From: Camelus dromedarius
Taxonomy: Eukaryota
Direction: 5' to 3'
DNA: 64,000 nt
Assembly: GCF_036321535.1 (NCBI RefSeq)
Contig: NC_087437.1
Location: 44,394,001 to 44,458,000 of the forward strand
The notes below the pieces were generated by a model. It saw only the letters and a list, made by a program, of their open reading frames with translations. It ran no database searches and was not told the DNA's origin. The position numbers were made by a program, and so were the translations under genes. Of the stretch, positions 13,831 to 25,942 are shown one piece after another; position 1 is the first letter of the stretch; the number at the start of each line of letters is the position of its first letter.

Positions 13831-14743
13831 TTGGGATAACTTCTGACTTCTGTTAAATCTAGATAGATAAAAAAATCTCTCTCTCTCTGCACACACACAC
13901 AAACACACAACGCACACATGTATGCATATAGCTGGTAGGGGAGACAGTATGATGGCTGTCAGTTTTCTTTATCAAGATGAGGATCACTATTAAATATTAT
14001 TTACTCAAGAAATAATCATCTCACATTAAAAGGGTTCTCTTGAAAGAATCAGTGACCTAAAGTAGTTCACTGGTTCTTCTTAAAAATTCAAAATACTTGC
14101 ATATTTCTTTCTGTTGTAACATGAGTATCTGTGGAGTGTTCCTGGTTGCCTGGAAACCTTTAGATACTTGTGAAACTTCATAGCTATTTGTAGGTTCCTC
14201 AGACATGGGTTATTCCCAGAGAGAACTAGGTCTTAGCCACTGTCATTGTCACAAGGCTTTTGAGCAAATTGCTGGCATTTTAAAGTATAGCAATTTAATT
14301 ATTATTTTTATATTTATCATGGTTTATTTTGTGGAATTTAAGCTACTTTTTCAACTACTGTAGCACAATTTATACTGCTTAGATTTTCAAGCAACACATT
14401 TTGGATAAGGCTGAGCCTTGAGAAACAATTTCTGCCAATCACAGTGTTGACACCTTGTGGGTATGCATAGGTTTTTGTTTGCATTCAAGAGCATTCGTTG
14501 ACAGCAGTAATTCAGATTTTAAGCACATTTCAATCCTACAATTGATTGTTCAGATCAGCTTTTTGAGGCTCATTTAGCAGACCCTTAAGTGTTTATTTAT
14601 AGGTGCTGATGGGGAAACTAGGAAGAGGTAGTTGTAACCAAAAAATGGAAATATTCAGCCTGTAGTTAACATGCACTGATATATTAGAATACGTTGTTTT
14701 AGACAACTGAATTTTGCTGAATTGTTATTATGCTCTGAGTATG

Positions 14744-15103
14744 TGTCTTTGTCAGCTTTGGCTCCGAAACAGAATATCACAGATTAGGTAGCTTCAACAA
14801 CTGACATTTCTTCTTACTGTTCTAAAGATTGGGAAGCTAAAATCAAGGCAGTGGTAGATTGAGATCGTGCTAAATGTCCTCTTCCTGGCTTGCAAACAGC
14901 TGCCTTCTTGCTGTATCCTCACTTGGCAGAGAGAAGTTTTGGTGTCTCTTCTTCTGATAAGGGCACTAATCTCATCATGAGCTTTTGCCTTTATGAATTC
15001 ATTTAAAACTATTTCCCTAAGGCCACACCTCCTCATACATTACCTTGAGGATTAGGGCCTCAACATATGAATTTGATGGGATGGACACATTCAGTCCCTA
15101 ACA
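14744..15103 (-). mobile_element. MaLR solo LTR (MLT1A-like)
   Basis: tg...ca termini; 'cttcctggcttgcaaacagctgccttcttgctgtatcctcac', 'ataagggcactaatc', 'gacacattcagtccctaaca'; 5-bp TSD gtatg/gaatg. Confidence 0.85.
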
Positions 15104-15604
15104 GAATGTATTGAGAATTGATGATTTAGAGTTAGTGAAATTAAAAAAGAGTGAAAAGGACGTCAAATGTTCTTCTCTTGATGTCTGAGAATGTCTAATA
15201 CAATTACACATTGCCTATTTCAGTACCTTGTAAGAGAGATCCTTATTACAGCTATACTTCCAACACCACATTTTCATTGTTTTATGCATTATTTGAAAAT
15301 CTGTTATCATTAGAGAAACCCAGTAAAAATGAGCACAAAAGTTATAAAATAATTTTCAGGGCTTAATGATTGCTACTGAGAGAGTGAAATCAAACCCACA
15401 AGCAATCTCTTTGGGTAACTTTCTAGTTCAGCTCCCATGCAGTATGTCTTGGTAAATGCTTAGTAAAAGTAGGAAGGGAATAGAAAATTTAAATTTATAC
15501 CATTAATTCATGGCATGAGAAAGAAGACTTAGGTCATTTATTCCAATCATCATTTAGTTACCATCACCATGAATATTTTTATTTTAATTATGATTTTATA
15601 ATAT

Positions 15605-15842
15605 AATTAACAATATTGTTATTTCTAAAATGTATTGTGTGGCAGACACTTCTGTAAATGCTTTAGTTCTTACAGTGGGTCTGTCAGGTAGGTGCTGTTT
15701 TCCTCATTTTACAGACAAGGCATGTGACATGTAAAGAGGTTAAATAGTTTACCCGGAGACACACAGATAGAGATTGAGCAGAATATGAGCCCAGACCATT
15801 GAACCCTAAAGCTCTGTGAGTCACTGTGTTATAGAGCTGCCT
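15605..15842 (-). mobile_element. MIR SINE
   Basis: Core 'cctcattttacagacaagg...agaggttaaatagtttaccc'. Confidence 0.75.
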
Positions 15843-15872
15843 GTGAAGGAACAACCTGACAAAGTGAACATT

Positions 15873-15982
15873 ATTCTTTCGATTATTTATTCATTTATTT
15901 TTAGTGGAGGGACTGGGGCTTGAACCCAGGACCTTGTGCATGCCAAGCATGTGCTCTGCTGCTGAGCTATACCCACTCTCCC
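15873..15982 (-). mobile_element. tRNA-Ala-derived SINE (camelid Vic-1 type)
   Basis: Reverse complement 'gggtatagctcagcagcagagcacatgcttggcatgcacaaggtcctgggttcaagccccag' has A/B boxes and an A-rich tail; TSD caaagtgaacatt at 15860-15872 and 15989-16001. Confidence 0.9.
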
Positions 15983-17094
15983 ACCTGCCAAAGTGAACAT
16001 TTCTGCTGTGTTTCATACCTCCCATGACAGTTGGACACATCTATGTTCTTTAAAACCTTTGTCTGTTAGCATCGTGGTGAGGGGTATGGCGTTGGACCAA
16101 AATATGTCCGCCTGGAAGCTAGAGCCATTGATTCTAGTTTTCTCACAGAGAGGAAGAAGGAAAGGAAGATGGAGGAAAGAGACATACATTTGAAACAGCT
16201 CATTTCACGCCCCTTGGATTTTTTATTTTCCAAGTAAAAGGCTGTTTACTTTGATAGAGCTAAGTCCTATTATTCCCTGCTTTGTTAGCTGAATATGAGG
16301 CCCAGCATATGCCAGTTACAGTCTATCCATCACACTGCAGGAAGCTGAGTTTGAGAGTGCTACTTCTGGTCATCAAGTGGACGTATTTTCCCACCCTCAA
16401 AATTTAAGTATATATTTTTTGTTCTTTTTCAAGCTCTTCAGGTTTTTGCCTTTATACTCTGTTGCAACTGTGCCTCTGATTGCCCAGTTTTCTACCCTTG
16501 TTCTTCCTCAGAAGGCAGAGTCCTGTACTGTGGTTGGTATTGTCACTGAACGTTCTTAGGAAGCTCCTTTGATCCTCTTTGCCTGCGTGCCCATTTCTTA
16601 AAATTCTTAATGTAGGACTGATGCCATCTGGTAGAATAGAATTTGAATGAGAATGACTTTAATTCCCTTAGAGTCATTCTCCTTTAGAACCTCAGAATTC
16701 CTTGCCCTCTAACATTAAGCAAGGCTTAAGGTGCTGATGGAAAGTTGAGTCATCTCAGTAAATGTGAGTAAAATCTACAGATAATGACCCAAATGCCTTC
16801 TATTTGTTTGCTTTCTGCTGCTGTTTTTAGCAGTACTGTAACTTTTTAGAACAGTTGACTATGTTTCATTTTAATTAAGTTATTTTGTTTCATAATCTGT
16901 CTCTTCTTCTGGAAGTCGTGAGAAGTACTGAAATCACACCACGAAAATAAAGCAAGAACAGGCAGTTGGAAAACCCCGTATGTGTGTGCAGGTCCCTCAG
17001 TTTTAAGTGAAATTATAGCTGCTTAGTCTTCACAGCGCTTTACAGACCTTTGTGGTGAACGGATGCTCTGGGTCCTAAGCTGCAGCCTGCCGCG

Positions 17095-17332
17095 GGGTAT
17101 AGTAGAGCATGGCAGATTCAGTTGAATGTTGATTGTCATTTACAAGCTGTGTTGTTTTGGTTTAAGAACTGAACTGCTGATTCAGCTTCTGAATTTTTCC
17201 TTATACAAAACAAAGACAACAGCAGCCACATTGCCAGCCTTACTCTAAGGAGTTGATAAGATAATGCACATTAGGACCTAATTCTATGCTCAGCAGATAA
17301 TTTCCTCACAGTAAATAATAGCCGTTATTACA
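17095..17332 (+). mobile_element. MIR SINE (degenerate)
   Basis: 'catttacaagctgtgttg', 'gataagataatgcac', tail 'gtaaataatagccgttatta'. Confidence 0.6.
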
Positions 17333-17559
17333 TTTTTAATTACTGTATAACAGCTTATGTATTTTTGGTTGCTGTTCAGGACTCTTGCTCATTTTGCCCC
17401 TGAGCATTTTAAGGATGAGGGATAGGAAAATATTTTGGTGCTTCTTGACTCTGAGTAGTGATGTTCCATTTTTGAAGCATAGTTATTACCTGTCATGTGT
17501 CTCTTGGGGAAAAGGCTTTGATGTCAAGAATGAGAACCCACAGAACAGTTGAAATACAT

Positions 17560-18228
17560 TGAAGAGCTACTACTTTGAGTACGGGGGAGACTACAAAAAC
17601 TCTTCAGTCTTGGTCAACTGGGGCAACCACTTGATGTTATCTGTAAAGCTGAAGATACACATACTCTTTAACCCAGCAATGTTACAGCTAGTCCTACACC
17701 CTAGAGAGACTTGTTCACATGTGAACAAGGAGATGTGTACAAGAATGTTCTCAACAGTGTAGTTTATAATAGAAAAAAATGGAAAATGTAAACTTCCCTT
17801 TCTAGCTGTGTAATTAAATTGTATATTCATATAATGACAGTAAAAATACATGAAGTAAAATTTTTGGTATTAGCATGGGTGAATCTCACAAACATAGATT
17901 GAAAGAAAAAAACAAAACAATATGCAGAAGGATGTGTGCAGTGTGATATATTTATATGAAAGTTTTAATCTATCAAAGCAGTATTGCATAGATATTAAAA
18001 TATGCATTATATATGTATAAAAACAAATTCATGTATGGGAAAAATTAATATCAAACCCAAGATAATTTTCTTTGGGGAGACAGGAGTGTGATTGTGCAAC
18101 TGGAAATGTCTTATTTCTTAAGTATTTATTACATAATTCTTTATATAATTTTTTTTATTTTATTATATAGTATTTATTATATAATTCTTTTAAGCCTTTT
18201 GTACATGTGAAATATTTAATAAAATAAT
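17560..18228 (+). mobile_element. Ancient L1 (L1ME-like) ORF2 end and 3'UTR
   Basis: ORF 17559..17762 'KLKIHILFNPAM...HPRETCSHVNKEMCTRMFS' resembles L1 ORF2 C-terminus. Confidence 0.8.
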
Positions 18229-18877
18229 GTAGTACAATATGTCAATTATAAATATATAGCCAAAAATAAGCCCTTGTAACTTGCTGTTTTTTCTTTATTT
18301 TACTATGTCTTCATTTTCTTAAAAATTATACCTTCAAAAATGTATTATTTTTATTTCAAAGCTTTAAATATTCTATTTTGTACTTATTGGGTGAGATTTC
18401 AGTATCAAACTTTAGAAGTCATCCAATTTTCACTCCTAATAACTTATCTCTGTACTTCTTCAACCTAATTATTAATCAGCTGGAAGTATCAGCCTGCAGC
18501 ATTGAATGGCATAAATTAGTAAAACATGAGTTACAATATTTGACCATCTGAGTGATGTGTGACATATTGTAAATGTTGAGGAGATGAAATTAGAAAACTA
18601 AAATGATGAAGATGAAAATTACTTTAACTTTAGTGTCAGTCTTCATTATTTGAGAATCTTGCATATGACCATTCTATATTCTGAGAAAGTTCTCTTCCTG
18701 GTTTGGCATTCCAAATGCAACTTTGACCTTCTTGTTGTCACACAGGGCTCCCAGGCATCAGTCAAGAACTAAAGCTAGACCTTGGTCAGATGTTCCTACC
18801 TTTCCTTCTGATTGTCTCCTGCTTTCCCTTTGACTTAAAAATAGCATTTGCCCAATTAAAAAAAATCCAAGTGCCCC

Positions 18878-19475
18878 TTTATTTATTTTTTAATTGAAAT
18901 ATAATCAATTTACAATGTGTCAATTTCTAGTATACAGCATAATTCAGTCATACATACACAGATATGCATTCATTTTTATATTCTTTTTCACTATAGGTTA
19001 CTACAGGATACTGAATATAGTTCCCTGTGCTATACAATAGAAACTTGTTGTTTATCTATTTTATATACAGTAGTTAGTATCTGCAAATCTCAAACTCCCA
19101 ATTTATCTCTTCCCACTCCCTTCCTCCCTGGTAACCATAAGTTTGCTTTCTATGTCTGTGAGTCTGTTTCTGTTTTGTAAATAAGTTCATTTGTGTCATT
19201 TTTTTAGATTCTGCACGTAAGTGATATCATGTGGTATTTTTATTTTTCTTTCTCGCTGATCTAGTATGTCACTCTCCAGGTACATCCATGTTGCTGCAAA
19301 TGGCATTCTTTTATTCTTTTTTATGTCTGAGTAGTATTCCATTATGTATATATTTATACCACATCTTCTTTATCCAGTCGTCTGTCAGTGAACATTTAGG
19401 TTGTTTCCATGTCTTGGCTATTGTGAATAGCGCTGCTGTGAACACTGGAGTGTGTGTATGTTTTCAAAGCAGAGC
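18878..19475 (-). mobile_element. L1 3' end, 5'-truncated
   Basis: T-rich tail, 'tgaatatagttccctgtgctatac', 'ggtaaccataagtttg', 'ttccatgtcttggctattgtgaatag'. Confidence 0.9.
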
Positions 19476-19950
19476 TTTGTTTAAATCTCTTAGAAAACAA
19501 CCAAGATTATAAAACATTGGTGGCTGGTTATTTTTAAATGTTACCTATAGAAAGAAGTAAAGAGATTAATACATAAAATGTTAAGGTGTTTCTTTAGTAA
19601 GTATAACTTGCTTTTCCTTTGCTGCCTCTACATTTTAGCATCCAGTGCAAAATGCTTTCTGGCCAAATAAAGGACTCTCTGTTATCTCAGGGTCAAACTC
19701 CTTGAACTCTTTATTTCTGAAGAGCTGATAGTCTTTCCATCTCTCTACCAGCACAAGTAGTTTCAAACTAATTAAGACTCTCCTGACTGCCTTTTTCTAG
19801 AGTCAAAGCCCTACTAGTTACTACTTGAAATAGAAGAACAATAAGAGAAAATTCCCCCAAGTGGGAAAAGCAAAAATAATACATTAACAAGACAAAGATC
19901 ATCTTAACCCTTTAGCCCATTGTTTTATTTTCTGGCTTTTCGTTTTACAG

Positions 19951-20030
19951 TAAATAAAATTTAAGGTCACACTGCTTGGCAACACCTAAGAGCTGGTGTT
20001 TCTGGTATGTTACCCTGATTGCTGCCGTTG
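19951..20030 (+). other. Candidate non-coding/poison cassette exon
   Basis: Acceptor ttttattttctggcttttcgttttacag; donors CTG|gtatgt (20005) and TTG|gtaagg (20031). Confidence 0.25.
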
Positions 20031-20486
20031 GTAAGGCCTTGACAGCTGAATTACCCTTCACCTGGGAGATGTCTTTCTACATTTCACTGAAAACTGTTCA
20101 TTCATTCATGCATGCATGCATTCAGTCATTCATTTCATAAACATTTTTAAACATCAGCTGTGTGCCTCGTAATTTTTGCCCTGCAGAAACTAGCAGGGGC
20201 GGGCATTACATGGGTGCAATTTCATAATGGAAAGAGCTGCAGCAGAAGCAGTGGTGCAGTGGTAGGAAGCCTCAGAGTTGGTTATTGCCTGTCTTTGTTT
20301 ACAGATCTTAGTATCTACATTTTTATGTAGCTTTTAATTTTACGATGTTTCTAACTTTTCTTGAACTTCCCCAAATATTGTGAGCCTTAAATGTGAATCT
20401 GTTTTCTTCTATTTTTATTTTCTTTCCCACAAGTCTTTGAGTAGGCTCAAAACACTATAGATTGCAAAATACAATTCTACCAAATT

Positions 20487-20488
<2 letters not shown>

Positions 20489-20520
<32 letters not shown>
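20489..20520. repeat. (TG)16 microsatellite
   Basis: Read directly from sequence. Confidence 0.95.
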
Positions 20521-20523
<3 letters not shown>

Positions 20524-21857
20524 CACTATCTGAAGACTAAAAATCATTCCTAATTGATCTTTTAAAAATTCTTTTTTCAGTATGTCAGGCAACTGAGTTT
20601 ATTACTCCTAGTATGATTATCCCAGGAGGATATGTGAGAGTGATCTGGTCAGCAGGATATGGGCCTCCTCAGCAAGCACTGGTTGCCTTCCATACTGTGT
20701 GCCAAGGTCAGTTCTGGCCCTGAGTGGAGCTGAGACTATAGAGATGAGGGAAATAGTCCCTACCTTAGAGTAGTAGATAAATACATAAACATTCTGAACA
20801 TGACGTGTAGGTGCTTTAATTGCGTATGGTCACTTGCAGGACTAACTCATTGCTTCTTCATTTGTCTTTTAAATATTTTGCTTAGTTAATATTTATTTTT
20901 CCTGTGATCTCAGTCTATTCATGTGCTCTCACTGTGGTTTGATACATCAGATTGAACTGCTGATTCTAGATCAGCAAGAATAAATGCGCCACACATCAAA
21001 AGCTCTCTTAATTCTGAAACACATGTTCTGAGTCTGTTATGAACTCTCCTTCTGTCATTAATTTTTTATAGGCAATTTTGACCTTAATACCTGACTGCAA
21101 TAATATAAATGATGATGATGGACCTACACAAAGAAACAAAGGAAAAATATTAGGCCTGATCTTAAAATGCAAAGTTCATAGCAGATCCAGGAATGTTCAT
21201 GTAGTTTGATGCAACAAAGAGTGAATACAATCAAGAAATTAGAGAACAGTAGAAGTCTTTTGCCTTTATGGACATCATCATAAATTTATTGTGTGATGAC
21301 TGAGCTCAGAATTCAATCGATAATTATGAGTGGTAACCTAAGACATGCTGGCCATGGGAATGCTCTGATTTTGGAGAGTTTTGAAAGAACAGAGGGACAG
21401 TCGTCAAAGACAATGTCAAGAATTCATCTCTACAATAGTAACCCCAGAAGGCATGCCCTGAATCAAACAATGTATGTGTATTCCCTGAATACAGAAGGAA
21501 GAGGTCTAATGACAGTGTGGGAGTAAGAAAGACTTCACTGAGCAGTAAGTTTTGGATGAGTCCCCAAAGGTAGCAATAGTCTGTGTGTTTTGATTTTACT
21601 TCACAGTAAGCACAATTTTGAGGAGATGCTGTGTAAGGTTAAACCTTTCACGTAACAAGCATTCTTATTGATTTGTTGAAGAAGTGAATGGAAAACACAA
21701 GGCTGTTTTGATCCCCACTTATTAGAAACTGCTTGAAGTAAGGAAGACAGTTTCTTATCTGTTTCTAAGGAAAGAGTGAAAGGCAGAGCACCTGACGAAA
21801 AGCTGCTTCTCCAATAGTGTAATTGAGATGCGTAATCAGTGGTCTCCCAAATTAACA

Positions 21858-22088
21858 CTTTTTTTTTATTGTAGTCACTTTTGTGTCAATTTTTGGTGTA
21901 CAGCACAATGTTTCAGCTATGCATATACACACATATTCATTTTAATATTCTTTTTCATTAAAGGTTATTACGAGAAGATATTGACTATAGTTCTCTGTGC
22001 TATACAGAAGAAATTTTTTAATCTGTTTTTATATATATAGTGCCTAACATTTGTAAATCTCAAACTCCCAAACTTATCCCTTCCCAGC
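21858..22088 (-). mobile_element. Short L1 3' end
   Basis: T tract then 'gatattgactatagttctctgtgctatacag...aaatctcaaactccc', same family as 8790 and 18878. Confidence 0.85.
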
Positions 22089-23209
22089 AAAATAAAATAA
22101 TTTTAAAAAAATCTTAAAAATAAAGATGGAAAGTAGCAGTTACGTAACTGACTAATTTATTTGGTAACCTCATTTAGCATTTTTATATTTCAGTTGTCTT
22201 ATACTAGCTATAAAACAGGAAAAACAAATATTGTTAATACATTAGGCACCGTAATGTTCCTGGAAATTGTTGTAAGAGGTGTACTCCCATCTTGTGGCTA
22301 GATGTATTTCAAAGGAAAAAAAATCTCAGAAATAATACATGTGTATTTATAAATACATATGAAGCTAGTTTCCAAAATAGTCGTTCAATTAACAAAACTA
22401 CAGCTTTCCCATCAGAAAGTTAAACTTATAGTCTAATGTTTTCAAGATTCAGAGGGGTGATTTTTTTAAATTTATGATTCTCATTTTCTGAATGGGATTA
22501 TGTGTTCTATCAGTTGATTCATAAATTCATTTTTTTACATTAGTTGAACAGAAGGTTGGTTTTTACCTTGTCACATTTGAATAACTTACTGTATGACTGT
22601 TTAATGTATTTTGTCATCACTTCCTAGGAGATTAGCAGCTAAAATTTGGTTTATAATAAGTGTAGAATGTTCACTAATTTTCCTCCTGAGTTTGAAGTGA
22701 ATTGGTCATCAAAGACAGAAGACAAAGAAGTATTCTTGTTCATTTCATATATTTTAATTATGACAAAAGTCACACTTTTCTAATTTTTTGGAAACATAGC
22801 TAAAATTTATATTAGCCATTCTTGCCACCATGTCTATTGGCTTCTATCCAATATATATACCCCAAGTCAGTAGGTTGTTTTTTTTTTTTAACTGAAATAA
22901 TGCTCTTATCAACATATCAATATTTAATATTGTCCAAGGCAATTTGGAATTGTTCCTGATGATATTAATCAGTTTAAGATTTTAGTTATAGCCAATGTGG
23001 GATAAGAAATCTGTACTTTTTAGACCTTGGAGGTCATCTGGTTTATATCTCTTTTCAAATAAAATATGGCTCAAAAAGACCAAGAGACTTGTTCGAAGTC
23101 ATGTATATGTCATGGGGTTTAAAGTCATAAGAGAATACCGTCCTACTTAGATTCCTGGTGCTTCACTTGACATTGATGAACTGTATATTTTCCATCTACA
23201 ACATGTCAG

Positions 23210-23420
23210 GGAGGCATGTTTAAGCAAGTGTAGTAGAACAACTGTTGGGTTAAATGTCAGGAGCCGCAGGTAGATTCTGACTCTGCCACGTATTAGTTAT
23301 GTGTCCCTTGTCAAATTATTTATCCTCTCTGAGCGTTGGTTTCCTTTCTGTAAAGTGGAGACACATGAGCTCACAGAACTAGTTTAAGTAGCAGATGTAA
23401 TGGTGGGTGTGAAAGTACTA
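23210..23420 (+). mobile_element. MIR SINE
   Basis: 'tctgactctgccacgtattagttatgtg...cctctctgagcgttggtttcctttctgtaaagtggag'. Confidence 0.8.
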
Positions 23421-25576
23421 ACTCTGGAGGATTTTTCTTGATGGCAACACAGCTCTTCCTCTATATGGGCCTCTATGCTTGAGGCCCATGTATGGATGCT
23501 TAGAAGTGGGGGAAATAGGCACCCCAGCATTAGCCCTACTTCCAGGCCAAAACATCAGATGGTGTCTGTGAATATCCAGGTAGACATGGACTCCTTGTGT
23601 ACTGTTACCGCCTCCTTCCTCTGGCATGGGGAGCAGATAAACAGTCTCACCTTTCTCTCCCTCCTCTCCTCTCTTCCAGGGTCTAGCTCTCTTCTGTTAT
23701 TACCCTATTCCACACTGTAACAGTTCTTCAAGAATTGGGGGAATTCTAAAAACGTCTGCGTGATGGCAGTACAGTTGCAGCAAGTTTATGACCTGTTCTG
23801 AAAGGGCCAATGCCTGTTAGTACATATGAAACAACTGCACCTGTCCTGGAACGTTATCTGTCCTCGTATGTTTAGAAAGACTCAAGTGTTAGGACTTAAA
23901 GAGATGCTCTCACATTTGCTTAATGGGATGTCCTCTATACCAGTCTGTCCAATCTGAGATAATTTTAAATGTCTTTTTTGTGTGTGTGTGTGAAAATATA
24001 TTTAAATACATTATGTGTACAATCCGGCCAAAAAAAAAATTGGGGACAAAATTTGCAAAAGTATTTCATGACATAAACACCTCTGTCAGTCACTGCTTGG
24101 TTTAGACAGTTATGAGTTCTTCTGCTATCTCATCAATGTGCTACTTAGAATCACAAATTGGTCTGCTGTTTCTTAGACCTGATTTTTTTTCAGATATAAA
24201 GTCCCAGGGGATCTGAACAAACATGAATCTAGAACAAAAAAGATAGAAAAATATTAAGTAAAATATCAATTACTATTTCATGTGAACCAAGTGTAGTAAA
24301 CAGGATACATTAGAACTTTTCAGAATGCTTAATTTGTTTATAAAATGCTACTAGCCTTTTCCTGGAGCAGAAGTACGTACATCCTCATGTTACTATAATA
24401 TATATCCTATACATACATGTAGGTTGGTGTGTGTAAACTGAAGTGCAGTGGAAGCTCATTATACAAAACTTTGTTAAAATATTGAGCATGAAATTCATTA
24501 CCTTATATCTTAGAAGCAGATGTTATTTAAAAAATGATATTTAAAAACTAAGAGTTTTAATTAAATGGTTCTTGCATTGGAACCAAAGTTAACAGGTTGA
24601 ATGAAATTTTGCTTACGGCATCTGTTGCCATTTTTAGTAGGTGATTAGTCATTTTCTTTTTCCTGCGAGAATCTGACAGAAACTCAAACAGAAATGAATC
24701 ATAGTTTCAAGCTGTTGCTCACCTCATCCCCACCAAAAAGGAGAGCCTGGAAATCATCCCAACAAATCCAAGAACTAAATTCTGAAAATGCCTTAAGGGA
24801 CTTGACAGAAGTATTTAGCAATCTGAAAATTATAACAATCTGTCACATCAACTTTTAATGAAAGCTAGGCTACAGCAGCTTAGAAATGATGTGGCAAGAA
24901 AAAAAATCCAACTAGAAATCTCTTTGAATATTTTAAGACATATTTGCCCTTATAAATATTGAGCTGTAATTAGGTTAACTTTCACAGAGGTGGGGTGCAT
25001 TATTAATTAAGAATTTATTATGCAGAGCAGATGAGTTTTTAAAAGCCAGGGCATTAATAATTATGATTCAGTCAATGAGTAGTCACAATATTATTGCATA
25101 TGCATTCAAAAATCTTGTTTAGTTTAAGTTGTTAGGTATTTTTCTATTGAAGGGACCACATCCTTGTAACTCTGAAAGTCAGAATATTAAATGAGCATCA
25201 GCTTATTTGATAATGAAGTATCTCCCTCAACCATGTTAATATGGACACCAGATTAAAACTTTAAGAAGCTGCCAGTGTACAAGAATAAAGCTTAGCTGGA
25301 GTCACCATTTAAACAATGTGATATTATTCCCTTAATGCTTGAACTAACTGAAACTTTGCTTTCTAATTATTTCTCTGTTGTACTCTCTGTCTCTCCAAGA
25401 CTAACTGTCCAGCATAAGTCATCAAGCACTGTTCTTTTAAAATTTCTTCTCCTTTATTGTAAAGTCACAATATGTGTGTGAAACAGGTTAATGCTGCTTG
25501 GAAAACTGACTTGTGCCAGTAATAGTACTTTATTTGGATAATAACTGTAGGAGAAAGAGAATCAAATAATATCTCT

Positions 25577-25660
25577 CCTTCCTTCCTTCCTTCCTTCCTT
25601 CCTTCCTTCCTTCCTTCCTTCCTTCCTTCCTTCCTTCCTTCCTTCCTTCCTTCCTTCCTT
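25577..25660. repeat. (CCTT)21 microsatellite
   Basis: Read directly; source of the RKEG repeat in ORF 25465..25797. Confidence 0.95.
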
Positions 25661-25942
25661 ATTTTGGCTGACTTACTGTGTTCCAGGCACTGTTCTAGTA
25701 GTGGATGGGGAGACGGGCAGTGAATAAACAATTCCCTGATTTTACAGCATTTACATTCTAGTGGGGAATGCAGACAATAAATAAGTAAATACATCATATG
25801 TCAGATAGTGCAAAATTAATTTTAAAAAGTTATGGGAAAAATATCAGGCAGACATTTTGGGATGGATCAGGAGGTAAGGATAGGGTATGGGATAATATTT
25901 TTCATATAAGATGGTTTGTGAAAGCTCTTTTGACAGGCGACC
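25661..25942 (-). mobile_element. L2 3' end
   Basis: 'cttactgtgttccaggcactgttctag...tttacattctagtgggga...cagacaataaataagtaaat'. Confidence 0.8.

Noticed and set aside
15873..15982. tRNA-Ala gene
   Set aside because: Degenerate stems, A-rich tail and TSD show that it is a SINE
25465..25797. 110-aa ORF with RKEG repeats
   Set aside because: Read-through of the (CCTT)n microsatellite and L2
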